From positions 12,080,722 through 12,144,721 of the forward strand of contig OZ037766.1 in NCBI GenBank assembly GCA_964035545.1: a stretch of 64,000 nt of DNA, read 5' to 3'. The position numbers and the translations under genes were made by a program. Positions 38,301 to 51,303 of this stretch are shown here, one piece after another; position 1 is the first letter of the stretch, and each line of letters begins with the position of its first letter. The notes under the pieces are model-generated. The model saw nothing but the letters and a program-made list of their open reading frames with translations. It was not told where the DNA came from and did no database searches. Source of the stretch: Bugula neritina (lineage: Eukaryota; Animalia; Bryozoa).

Positions 38301-41300
38301 TCACAATGTCAATGTGTAAATAAGAAATGCTCATTTTAAAGTAGACAGAGTAAAACCATTTTTTGTGTTAGGAGCAAGAAATTTAAAGTATTTTGTTACC
38401 TTCAACATATGTGTCAGACTGCTATACTAAGTACAAGTTAACATGCTTTATGTGCAAGACTTTATATGGGTTTGTATTCGTTGTCCGGTTAATTATAACT
38501 CTACCCTAACAAGATTTTTTTCTGTTGGGTAAGTTTTTATATTGCAATTTTTCATCATAAGGGTCAGCAGTTTTTCATATTCGGCATCTTGCCTCTACCT
38601 TCATGAGTTCTGAATTAAATGCAACATAAATCTCCAACAAATGGATGCCAGAAAATTTTCAACTGATAAGCTGTAATTGACCATTGTAGAGATATTTAAA
38701 CAACCCTGTGGACATATACACAAAGAAAGTGTTTGGTGTTTTGTCAAAGGCCAAAGATAAAACACCAAAAAGACATAAGCATAAGATGACTTATGCAGAA
38801 GAGTTGGAGGAATACACTGCTAGTGTTAAGTAGGTTTCCAGTAGTTGCATGTCAATATCTAATGTTTTAGTATGAATATCTTTTGTAAATGTCGAAAATG
38901 AATATAATTAGTTTCAACAGTTGGGTAGTTGTGAGAAATTAATTCTATTTGCTTGTTTAAAGTTGGTTACCATCACTTATACTGTCATTGGTTATCAATA
39001 ATTGTTAAATTAATTTTATGGGGCGCTCATATCCTGTGTGCGTTGATTTGTTGCAGAGCACCATTTTCAGAGAAAGGACGTTTAGCAGAGAAAGGTTGGA
39101 AGAAGGTGTCTTACTTGGGTCGAATGTTCTTAGCAGAACTTGGTCTATCGCAGTGGTCAAGCAAAGAATTTTGGGCTATGCTACTTCTGTTTGTGTTTAC
39201 TTTCTTCATGAGAATTTACATTCACTATTGTGGACAGTATCTGTACTTGAAAGGAATGAAAATACCTATCAACAGGTGATTAGTTAGTGATTTTCCTCTA
39301 AACTGTCAGCTATAGCCTGTGTACACCTATTCCATACCTTTTAAATAGTTCATAGCTTGAAAACTATAAATGTTAAAGTTTATATATATTTAGTTTAAAT
39401 CAGGAGTGAGTATCAATTGGATGTTTTGGAAAACCCTGTGTTAATGTTACAAACTTAATAACTGTTGTTTGTTCCGTTGTAGCTTCAACTTTCTGCCCTA
39501 TACAGTACACCTGAACTACCAGGCATCATTGCTGCATGTGATGGAAGAAATGCTGGTGGTTATTCTGGGTCCTCTGGCTGTATTTGTAGTATTTGCATTC
39601 TGCGTTATTCTTACATGGCTCTCTCAACTTATTATGGGCATCTTCCCAGACTTGGGCTCTAAGTTTGTTCTCATGATTGGAATTCAGTCTATTTTAAACC
39701 CACTTCTACTAATCATAGTGGACTTGATTCAAGGGGTAAGTTAAACATGTTATCACTCCGTCATATTTTTGGCTAACATAATATTTAGTTTACAGAATTC
39801 TACTCTATGCATGCTTCAAAAATGTTGTCTATAACCATAGTTTTTGTAGAACTATAACTACAATATGTTGACGACAGCGCAACCACTTGCTGACTTTACC
39901 AAACTCTACTGGTTTTTCACAAGAACTCAAGGCTCTGGTGTTGGTGGCGCCTTCATCACTGTCTTTGTGTACATCTTCACCATGTTCATATCTATTGCCG
40001 TACTTTACATGTTCTTTCTGAGGTACACACATGGGCATCGTTAGCTTTATTTTTTAATAAACCTTTTATTTGACTAAAAATCAAATAAACTTCAAGTAAT
40101 GGTTTTCTTGCACATACATAGTGAGTAACCTTTAATTATGAACACAAACCTTAGTTTTACTTGAGAAGTTAATTTTCTTTGCAATTTTCATTAGCAATTA
40201 GTCATAACCACTGAAAGATATTTAAAGTCTCTTCAATAATAAATGCAAGCTAAAAATATGTAAGTTTTCATATCTAATTTCTTTTGGTTTTTCGATTTGT
40301 CTAGACTCCACAACAATGGCAGACTGCTTGATATCTACTGGAGACTGCACTGTCAGCAAGAAGACATCTTTGTGCCGTATGATCTGGAGATATCTCTGCA
40401 AGAGTTTGAGTATGTGTGTCAGAAAGCTGAACAGTGGAGAGGAGAGGAAGGGGCAAGAAGAAAGGTGGCCGTGTATGATTACGTCTGGGAAGAGGAAGAT
40501 GTAAGTAACTATATTTTACTGTATTTGTGCCAATACTTCTTCAGCAGATAAATAAATCTTTTGTCATATTCACTGGATCACTATCTAAACTTTGAATGGT
40601 ACTTAAAACTTGAAAACTCTTGTGGCTAAAACTGTTGCAACTTTTATCATTAAATACATGTCTTTAAGTCAATATCATATTGGAAGTTTAGACATATTTT
40701 ATGCAGGCATTTAAGTAGTTTTCTTTATTTTTTCTAAAAATTCATAATAAGCGGAAGTGCCCTCCATACACTGTAATTTCTCATGTAGATGGAGTTTTCT
40801 GCCTTTGATGAAGCAATTGATAAAGTCAAGCAGCACAAGAAAAAAGAGAAGACAAGTCATATTGCTATTCACACACTACACACAGATGGCTTGCGGGAGC
40901 TCTACAGACATTTCTTAGCACTTCCGGATGGAGCCATTGTAGAGGTAATTGCAGAGCTAGATGTATCAATGACAATAGAATTAAGTGGTTGCTAAACTGT
41001 TGGCATTTTAGCCTTCTGGTAATTTTGGTACTTTGATTTTTTTTCTACAACTCATTCCTTCTTGAATTTGTGGTCACTGAACAAACAAAATTTCGTGTTT
41101 GGTTTGCATTGGATATATGTCACATTATCAAAAACTTTGATCAATAAAATTTGGTACATAGGAAGGAAAAAGGTTTACAGCTAAGCTGAAAACTATAAAT
41201 TTAAATTAAGTGATTTTAGAGATAATTTTAATCAGATTTATGCCAATACAATATGTTGCAGTTGTTCCAAATTATGCAATCTTTTAAATGAAAAATACTA

Positions 41301-43875
41301 TTAATTATAAAATTGATTTATTTAAATTGCTTTCATCAGGTATTTGGTGAAATGTCATATGTGCCTGGGCTTACTAAAGACATCAAGAAAGCTATCAACA
41401 GTGGAGCTAAAAAACTTGAAGATTTAGTGGACTTCGGGTCTAACACCAGCATAAACATGGTACAAAAACTTTTAATTTTTGTCTCTTCACAAGATGTAGA
41501 AGTTCTTTAAGATAACACTTAAATTACTTCAATGCAACCCAATATGTGCCACTTCACAAATGCTATACAGTTTGATGACCTGTTTATTAAACTCAAACCT
41601 GGTTGCTATATATAAGTATAGTCTGTTATGCTGGCAGCTCACGCAAGTTTATAGTCACCATCCCTTTGAGAAACCCCTGATAGAAAGCTTTTATAAAGTA
41701 GACTAAGGACTTATTCATATGTGGCATCAGAGCAATTATGATTGGATGCTTTTCCTAACAACACCAATGGTCTTTACTAGGAATCAAACCCATGACTCCT
41801 GTTCACTAAGCCAGCACTCTAACTCCCTAAACCACCCTGCTCATCAAGGGCTGACAAATTAGACTAAACGATTAAGCACAAATTGATATAGCATATAATT
41901 TATTCTAATTAGGCATCTAGACAACAGAGGCGTGGAAGTCACACTGCTACATCTTCAGTAGCAACTGTGTCCAAAATTCAGGTTACACAGCTTATATTCA
42001 TAACACATTGCATGCAGTTGAGTCATAGTGTCTAACCCTGTAATGCTTATTAGAGCGAATTCCTTAACTATCACCCAATTTGTGTACAGCGGCTGCTTTA
42101 AAATTGATTGTCTTGTCGTAGTTATATATATATATATTTTTTTTACAACCGTGGCAAACTATTTTTAAGGCTTTCGTTAGACCACCTGCTTAATTGTTTA
42201 TGCTTAATTTTAACATAGAATTTGAATTAGTGTTATGAAATTTGAGGTAAAGCTATTAACGTACTAAGGTATGATCTACTTTATAACCTTGTAAAAATAT
42301 TATATATGAATCAATGTCATTATTTTTATAACAAAGTGTAGTGACCTTAGGCCATCTTCATTAGTAAAAGTAATATTGCAACTTGCATACAAACTCTTAA
42401 AGCTTTTTAGTGAAGAGAGCTCTGCAGTGCCGAGGTTGAGCTAAACAGCTAATGCTGAGAGCTATAACTTATTACTCAATAATCTCAGCTTGTCATTTAA
42501 ACAGCAGTGTTGCTCCTAGTTGCTTTGGCTGCTGAAGGGCATATAATTGAAAGCATATATTATTTGTATATAATACGTAACTATTATACAGGATATTCGC
42601 AAAGTAGGTGCAGTAGTGGAGAAATTGAAAAGAGCCTGTGTTCTAGATTAGAAATGTAGCAAAAGAAATTATGCTCTTGCGAGAATTTTAGCTCACACAC
42701 TAAACTAAAATTTATTAAGAAATTGAGGGAACTTGGGCTATGGAAATTTCTCCACTACTGCACCTAAGTATTGGTCATTAGATAATATATGCAATGGACA
42801 TGAATTGAAATTATCTGCTGCATGCAGTCTTTTGCTACTGTTGAATTAAAAGTGTGTGACCTTTTTGGTGTTGTAAACAGTGTCTAAGTAGAAATTTAGA
42901 TAAATAATTTAAATTTAACTTTTTAAAATTTTGGATGCAATAAACATACATCTAGCAAGTTTTGGTGTTTTGCAGGTAAGAAAAAGCTCTGGTTTTGTAT
43001 CCGATGAACAGACACTGCCAGTACTAACTCCTGTTACTAAACAGAGTGTGTTGGTGAGTGTGAGAACAGAATCACCTTCTTCTGAGAGTGACATCGCTCC
43101 TGATTCTCACGAACCCAAGGTACCCAAACCTGTACTAGGAAAGATACTGGCAATACCAGAAGTAAAACCTGTGCCACCAGAAGTAAAACCTGCACCTTCC
43201 GAGGTACCACCTAAGCATGTTACAAAAGTAAACCCTGAATCACCAATGATAAAGCCTGTATCACCACAGGTAAAACCTGTACCATCAGAAGTGAAACTTG
43301 AACCAATGGAGGTAAAACCTGTACCTTCAAAGATGAAACCTGAACCACCAGAGGTAAAACCTGTACCATTAGAGGTAAAACCTGAACCGATGGAGGTGAA
43401 ACCTGTGCCATCAGAGGTGAAACCTGAACTACCAGAGGTAAAACCTGTACCATCAGAAGTAAAACCTGAACCAATGGAGGTAAAACCTGAACCACCAAAA
43501 GTAAAACCTGTACCTTCAGAAGTGCCACCTAGGCATGTGCCAACAGTAAAACCTGAATCCTTACAGCCTGTTGAGCCAGAAACAAAACCAAATATGTTTC
43601 CCCAAGAAAGGTCCTCACAAAAGAAAAGAAAAGCCAGGTCAAGGTCATCTAGCAGCAGCAGCAGCTCATCATCTAGCAGCAGCAGCAGCAGCAGTTCCTC
43701 ATCCAGCAGCAGCAGTTCCTCATCCAGCAGCTCTCATTCCTCAAAATCCTCATCAAAGCAGTCCGAGAAGACCAAGAAGCAACAGAAAAAGCAAGATGAT
43801 AAAGAGAAGGAAAAAGATAAGAAAGACAAGCCCAAAAAAGACAAGAAAAAATCAAGCAAACATGAAGATGGCTAA
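29013..43875 (+). CDS. OFCC1/Ojoplano-like multi-pass membrane protein, 22 coding exons
   Basis: Phase-consistent exons start at 29013, 29315, 30161, 30430, 31056, 31683, 32586, 32835, 34467, 35095, 35509, 36427, 37727, 38690, 39057, 39483, 39850, 40305, 40789, 41340, 41913 and 42976. It has an N-terminal coiled coil, the WDKAPQPIEIKLKTLRGVRDKLPAGRY..RLGG region and several TM helices (39057-40022). The family name is from recall. Confidence 0.7.
29239..29308. repeat. (TA)n microsatellite
   Basis: About 35 TA units directly upstream of the acceptor at 29313-29314. Confidence 0.95.
31236..31579 (+). mobile_element. hAT (Charlie-like) MITE
   Basis: TIRs CAGAGGTGTCCAAC / GTTGGACAGACCTG; 8-bp TSD TTCTAGTT on both sides. 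Confidence 0.88.
41637..41842 (-). mobile_element. tRNA-derived SINE
   Basis: Reverse complement of the 2712/56519 SINE family. Confidence 0.75.
42606..42765 (+). mobile_element. MITE with ~21-bp TIRs
   Basis: AGGTGCAGTAGTGGAGAAATT / AATTTCTCCACTACTGCACCT, flanked by AAGT on both sides; second copy at 50158. Confidence 0.8.
43159..43557 (+). repeat. Coding 21-bp minisatellite encoding EVKP(V/E)Px repeats
   Basis: Recurring GARGTRAAACCTG units in the last exon. Confidence 0.9.
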
Positions 43876-45374
43876 AAAGTTAAAAAGAAAGGAAAAAAGT
43901 AATTTATTCAAATGACTGACTTTTTTGTTTTCATTTTATACACCATACTTTATTAAGGTTTGACTAACAACTTTTAGTGTTATATTTATATAATATATTT
44001 TTTTAAATTTGAAGCATGAGTTATCATTTACATGTATATGAAAACTTATTTGAGAAATTTTTTAATGTATTTCTACATGCAATATATTTTGTTTGTATCA
44101 TTTGCATAATATTATATATAGACTGAAGCTGATAAAAATCTGTCTCAGAGTTTCACAAATATTTTCCTTATTGCTATTGAGTTTGTGATTAAGTTATGAT
44201 TATCTTTTTGTGTACTTGAAAATAAAAAAAGAAACAGTTGAAATATATTTATTTTGAAACTTGGTTAGTGTATGACACAAGTAGCCATTTATAGGTATAG
44301 CACCATCTAAGTTTCATAATTCAAGTGATTATATGTTCATAAATAACTTAAAATATCAGAAGTTTTCTCTAAAATTTGAAACATGTACTCTCTCCATCAT
44401 ATTTCAAATACATTCAAGATTCTTTTAGATTTAATTTTAGACCAAATGACATTTAATTTGCTAAATTGCTCATCATTGTAAAATTTTATAAGAAAAATTG
44501 TAACAATCAACAAATATATCAAGTTTGCTTATACATTTATTTACTGCATGGTGTTAATTACTGTGAACCTTTTGACCAAAACAAAAAGTGCTCATATATT
44601 TTATTAGAATGCCAATAATCAACAAGCTACCAATGATTATATTTTTCAGGGGTATAATAGAAAAATGAAAAACAAATTCAACATGTGTATAAAAATAATG
44701 ATTCATTCATAACTGAAACCTGTGAGAAAAACAGAAAAAAAATGAAATAAATGAACAGACTGTACAAAAGTTGCTTTTAGCCTACTAACATAATACTGCA
44801 ACTCAAATTCTTGTAAAACTGTGCAAAGAAAAAAGTATAAACTATGAACAATGAATTATATTTCATATAAGATAAACTTTATGTTGAATTGTTATATATA
44901 TCATTTATAAATTTGAATGCATGAAGTTGCCAATGTAAAGAAACTAGAGTGTAATAACTTTTCAGATGTTTTTGAGGTGCAAAACACAAGTGAGTAAAAC
45001 AATATAATATAAGTCAAGTTTAGTAAAATACAAATAAGCATAGTTAATGTTCTCAATCATGGAGCTACTGTACATGTTTTCAACATCCCCTGAGCAAAGT
45101 TAAAATACATCGTATGCATATGTGTTATGAATAATAATATAGCTAGAATTAGCCCAATACACACATTTTTGCTTGAAAAATGCTTATAAGTTAAGCAGTG
45201 GTGTCTTTTTGGCTCAGAAAATATGCCAATTATGCATGCCAAGTACATTTACTTTTATTACCATAATGCAAATAAATAATAGTGTAATATATAGTATATA
45301 CTGTTTAATGTATAGATTTGGATTTAATTCGAGTATTAGTAGCAAAGCATGAGGTATCTTTGAAGCACAAGTGG

Positions 45375-48300
45375 CTAAAACCTTTCTTCTTCCGTGTCAT
45401 ACTGTTCCAGAAACTTGAACTGATCTGTAATTCCAGCTCCTATAAAAGAATGCAACCAGACATTGAGTTATGGCACAAAAATTGATAAAAATAAGTGTTC
45501 TCTGTTCAACCATACACATAATTGCTAATTCATTAAACTAATCATACTCATTAAACATTTGCTCAAACTGAAGTGCTAAATGCTTTTGTTTAAAAACTAT
45601 TATAATTGTATTGCGTTCATGGTACTATGTGGTACTGTTTTGATTGTTTAATAAAACCAGAGTAATTATACAGGATAATAATTAATACAGTGAGTTCATT
45701 TGAGGGGTAGTAGCTGTGTTTAATAATTTCTTTACTAGAGGCTGCATGTAGTTAAAAGGTATGGAAACCCAGATCTGAGACTGCTGACTAGATTTTCACC
45801 AGCTGCTAACATAATTTTGCAGTGGTTGAGGGTCACTTCCGACTCCCCAACAATTTGTTTCAGCTTTTCATAAAAATTATACAGTCAATTATTTATTTTG
45901 TGTCACATATCATTGCTAAATAATTGATATATTGCTAATCGAGCGATAGAAAACTTGAAACCAACGCCTCTATTGTTTATAGATGCTTAATTATGTTCAT
46001 GAGATAGCAACATTCCAATTAATAGAAGACTGTATGGTAGATCAAAATCTTAACTAAAGCCATAAATTTAAGTCACTGTTTATAATCTTTTCAATAATTA
46101 GTAAATACATGCATTTACACACATCAAAGTAGATTTGAAACTTTTTATACCTGTTTAAACTAAAATGTCCTAACTGCACATAACTCAAATACAGAAATAT
46201 AGCGGTAGCAATTATGTGTCTTTTTAGGTCATGTAGCACAGTTAAGAAACAGAGTGGTTGGTTATAGCAAAAGAAGCAATATTATGATTTAACCAAGTAC
46301 AAAGAGTTGGAATAACATTACGCACTATAGTCAAGTATCACTGGTCTCAGAGTAAACATTCCTCAGTGAAAGCAACGTGTATAAAAGAGTCTAATATTTC
46401 TATAGGCATCACAATTATGAATAGATATATAGAATAGATTTCAAATAGTTATCCATTAATAAGATTGAGTCTTGGCATGTGATAACAAAATCTGCTTAGT
46501 TTAGTATTTCAATATCAAATGCTACAATCACATCAGTGATAGAATCCTGTAGGTACACTTGCTTTTGATAATAGAAAGTAACAGCCGTGCAGTTTTATGT
46601 ATGCTTGACTGCTTATAAGTTTGGACTTGAATTTTCTCTGCACAACGTCCTAGAGTTTCACAGTATGCAAAAAGATTTTTCATGGGAACAGTGTCAATCG
46701 AATGAAACCACAACCATAGGTTAAGCAACTGCAAATTCATACGGTCATCTTGTGAGAATCCATTCGGATCCATTAGAAACATGGGAACATACTCAGTGTG
46801 AATTCACTGACCGATTACTGTGCATATTAAACTGTAAACACAGTTGAGGAAATATCTCTAAGCTAGCTTTTAACATATTAATTGTTGCCTCAAAACAATT
46901 ACGTCCAAGTTGATTGAACTACAGACCTAGTGACTTCATAGTAGATGCGCTGCCACTTCTCTCCCTGTGCTGCTCATTGGGTTTCTCGTTCTTGCTATCT
47001 GCTACTCTCCCCTTGCCTTTGAGTTTTGGGCTCTCTTCAATAACACTGATAGGTCTTCGATTTGGATTCTAGGAACATGCAGTTAGCATTAGGGCACTCA
47101 TTCCTGACATTTGCATAGCAAAGTGTCTCAATGCTTAACTTTGAAACAAAGAACTTGCTCCATGTGAAAGATTTTGTAAAACATGTTTAGCTTTATTGTT
47201 TCTACACTACACTGGGCTTGTATAGCTTTGTAATATATTGGGTGTAATCTTACATAAGAATACTGAACGTAGTAAAAATAAGCTACTATCTTTTCAATTT
47301 GAATGTGCTGCAGTTGCACTAGTAAACAGACATGTAAGAAACTAATTTAGAAAAAATAAATCATCTTATATAATACAAATTTATCCTTGCACATGTATAC
47401 CACAAACCTATCAACTTTTCATACTTTCAAAATAAATCTTACAGGTTTCAAAAAAACTACAAACCTAAAACTTGATGCGGATATAAACTATCAACACTAA
47501 CGATTACTTATAAACAAGAGACTTCTAGCAGTATCATGAAAAACTCAAATCTTTATTTTTAACCTTTTAATTAATAAAAATGACTTACACAACTGACCAG
47601 TTAACACAAATTGACTTTTAGTAAGAAGTAATGTAAATTTTATCAGTTTTTTGATAGTTTACAAAACTGAGATTCTTATAGGAATTACAGTCTCACCTCT
47701 CTAATCTGTTGTACATCTCCATTCAATGCATTCTTTTGCATAACTTTAGCATAAGTTTTTTCATCAAACTTCTGTTGCTTGTCTACAGCCCCCATTGAAG
47801 TTTGTCTTTTCACCATTTTTTTATCTTTGTATGGTGAGCCATGCACATCTGTGCGAGGTAAAGAAGAGTAATGTGGTTCTACATTGCTGTTTGATCTTGA
47901 TAAATTTGAACCGCCAAGGTAGTACCTGGGCATTCGTTCTGCTGCACCAAATGGCGTGGCAATCATGCCACTACTACCTCCAACTGGTCGAGCTATGAAA
48001 GCATTCTCTCTGTCATTATAACTGCCTGTTTTACTATTTTGGGAGTTGGAAGATTTTGGCGCTTTCGGCTTCTTACTAGGTCTTTTAGGTCGATTCGGCA
48101 CGTTTGATTTAGGTTTCACTAGCCAATCACCCAACCTTGATTTTCCAATTATGTCAAAGTGATCAGCAAGCATACCTCGGTAGTCCTGCCTTTTGCACAA
48201 GTATAAAGGTCGGCCTGAATGAGTGTGTATGGTGTCGACTAATTTACTATAGAATGAATGATACAAGGCTTGAGAGTCATCGCTGATTGATTGTGTAGAC

Positions 48301-51300
48301 TGAGACAGCTGCGGCATAACCCCGTACTGCCTAACATCATTATTGTATTTCCTATGCTGGGCATCTATCATGCTAGCTCCATGGCTCATAGGCTGTATGT
48401 AACGTGGGCCATCTGCCAATGGATTGACTCTGAACTCTCCAATGTCTAAGCCGTTGTTGTCGTATCCATTGGCTGTGTAAAAATTATTATAATAAAAATT
48501 ATGTATATATTGCAGCTGAAGCACAATACCGCATTTAGTTTTTTGAGCAGTTTTTAAAGAAACAACTAAAATAAGATTTCTTACTTTCAATGTATACTAT
48601 GTAAACAAATTTCCAAATTTATCTTGCAAAGCTAGACCAGAAACAGTTAATATTGATAAAATAAATGTTTAGATTAGTACTACTACTGCTAATATATGAT
48701 AAGAGAAAGTGATGCCAAGCAGTTTAATGTGAGATTCTTATCTCACAAGTACCATACAGGTCTCTTTAAAACTGACTTGAAAAATACTATAAGGAATTTG
48801 TGCAAATACTGGCAAGCATTTTATCTAATACCAACAGACACTAAGTTTTGTGTGATCAAGTTATCATAACTTTTACTGAGTGGCTGGTGTAAACAAATCT
48901 TAGCGATAAGAGAGTTCTTTACTGTATTTGCACATCTAGGAGTAAAAAATAAAAAAGTTTAAACCACAACTTATTGCAATTACGCTGCCAATGTGTACTT
49001 AAATTGGCAGCATCAATAACTATGGAAGTTTACTTTAGTTAAGCACCACTGGAACAGCACATGGTTCTACTATACTCTATAGTCTATATAGAGTTGAAAG
49101 TAGGAACTTGACCAGTTAAAGTGGCTGCTTATAGTAAATGGCAATGTGTTGCATTAATATTGTATTATAATATGCAGGCTACTACATTCACGTTAGAACA
49201 CTAAGCATAAATTATTTTCTGTGACTCTAAACTGTGAGCAATGTACTTGGACTTGCACAGTCATCTAAATAATTTTCCCACCCATCACACCATAAAGTGA
49301 TTCTGTATTTTGTTACAATGAAGCAGTCACACAACAATGTTGGTGTAATAAATGTGTGCAAAATGAAATAGGTAGACAGCAGCAACGTGGACATGGTTAA
49401 GGCACCAGCAATAATACAGCTTACATAAAGACTGCATTTTTATCAGCAACAGCAGCCATAAGCAGTTTAAGATGTGATGCAGCAAGAGCAAGGTACAAAG
49501 AACTTAGTCACTCAAGTGCATGGTTTAAATCTACAAGAGCTTTAGCCAGTGGGAATAATTTTTTACTGCAAATCCATCAAGTTTTTTAATATTGCTTTTA
49601 CTAAACATATAATTTTTGAACTGTGCATGTACCGAAATATTTAAAATATCAAAGTGTGGTCATGTAATACTCGTACAGTCAACAGCTTAGTGATGATTCT
49701 TACAGTCTACATTGAAACAATTCGGGTACATTTTTTAAAAGTAGACTTTAGACAAGTTACAAGGGTACCTTATATTACATAGTGGTGGAGCATGCTGCCT
49801 TGTTACACACAACATAAGGTCTAAATGAACAAGAAAAGAAAATCAAGTATCCCATACTCACCAAGAAAGAAACTAGAACCCCAAAGGCCAGGTGTAACTA
49901 TAGTTAACAAACAAAAGTATGTGGTGTTAAATTGGAGGTGTAAGCTGGATTAATACTTTTCACAACTAACTAATATAATTCGTTTGTTATTCATACAGTG
50001 AAGAGGTTGTGGGTTGAGTGTTAATTTATGAAATTGCTAAAACCTTGATTGAGAAAGACTAAAAAAGTTATTCAGGCTCTATGGGTTTCTCAACCACTCA
50101 CAAAGTGCAGCTGTACCATGCACAATCTTCACCTACATGCTACTTGTGCAATGAGGTAGGTGCAGTAATGGAGAAATTGAGAAAAGCCTGTGTTCTAGAT
50201 TAGAAATAGGCTATAGTATAAGAAGTTATGTTCTCGCCCCAAACCAAAATTTAATAATAAAATTAAAGAACTTAGGCTATCTCAATTTCTTCCCTACTGC
50301 TCCCAAGTGTGTGCAATGCACATTAGAAATGCTAGAACAGTAATGGAAAAATTTATCCTACAAAGCTGTATAATTTTTAAACTAGTACACACTGTATACT
50401 ATATAATTTATTATCAAAATAAGTGAATTGTGTAGAACGAAGATTAACCTGCTGATGAAATCTTACCATTGAGAGAATGAAGACCTCCAGGAGATGGCCC
50501 ATTCACGCTGCTGTAAGGAGAAGCAGCATTCTCAGAAACAACATACAGCTGTGTCCGGCTTTTGCTCTTCTTTCTCTTTCTTGAGATCTTTCTACACAAA
50601 ACAATGTTTTCTTCACCAATAGTTGGCTTTACAACAAATGCAATGTTGTCATTAATTTTACAAGCAGTAAGCATTTGAGTTCATCTGCTAAGTAATTACT
50701 GCAGGCACCGAGAGTACTAGAGAGGTGTAAGTGACAACATGTTACCAGCGACTCAAACCCACTGCTGGCATGTTGTTATCGTCATATTATACCACTCAAC
50801 TCACGTTACATTTCATTGTATAGCAGCTATTGTAACGGAAGTTGCCTGTCTAAAAAGCAGAACAAAAGCATTCCAACCTTATATGCTAAACCAAAAGTTA
50901 GAAACTTGATTCATGCAAAAACGTAAGATCTCAGCATTTGGCAAAACTTGTTTAGTTCGGAGTTCTGTTGTTTAGGTTTGATGCCTGATATAATCTACTC
51001 TAGTCCCCAGCTTCTATACTTAGTACTGTCAGTCACTCAAGATTATCTGTCTTATTGACATTTTAAAATGGCCTAGGCACAGACTTTATTCTAGTATTTT
51101 AAATCGCAGGCTTATGAGTTTTGAATAAAGGGTTAGAGAACTTGAGAGAAATAAACAAAGTTGTCTCACCTGCACCAGAAGAAAATACCAATTATCAAGA
51201 GAACTACTAGGATGGTAGCAGTAACGCTAACTCCAACAATCAGTGCTATAGTGTTCACCTCTAAAGTACTGGTGGTACTTTTATCTGTACTCGAGGAAGA

Positions 51301-51303
51301 CAT
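45375..51303 (-). CDS. Uncharacterised single-pass membrane protein (~419 aa)
   Basis: Exons 51303-51170 (MSSS..IALIVGVSVTATILVVLLIIGIFFWCR), 50591-50449 (KISRKRKK), 48472-47697, 47068-46927 and 45439-45375 (..QYDTEEERF*); all phases match. Confidence 0.75.
50158..50304 (+). mobile_element. Diverged copy of the 42606 MITE
   Basis: Shares AGGTGCAGTAATGGAGAAATTGA..GCCTGTGTTCTAGATTAGAAAT and a degenerate right TIR. Confidence 0.75.

Noticed and set aside
43159-43557. CRISPR-like array or titin fragment
   Set aside because: A eukaryotic in-frame minisatellite without unique spacers; there are no Ig/Fn3 domains.
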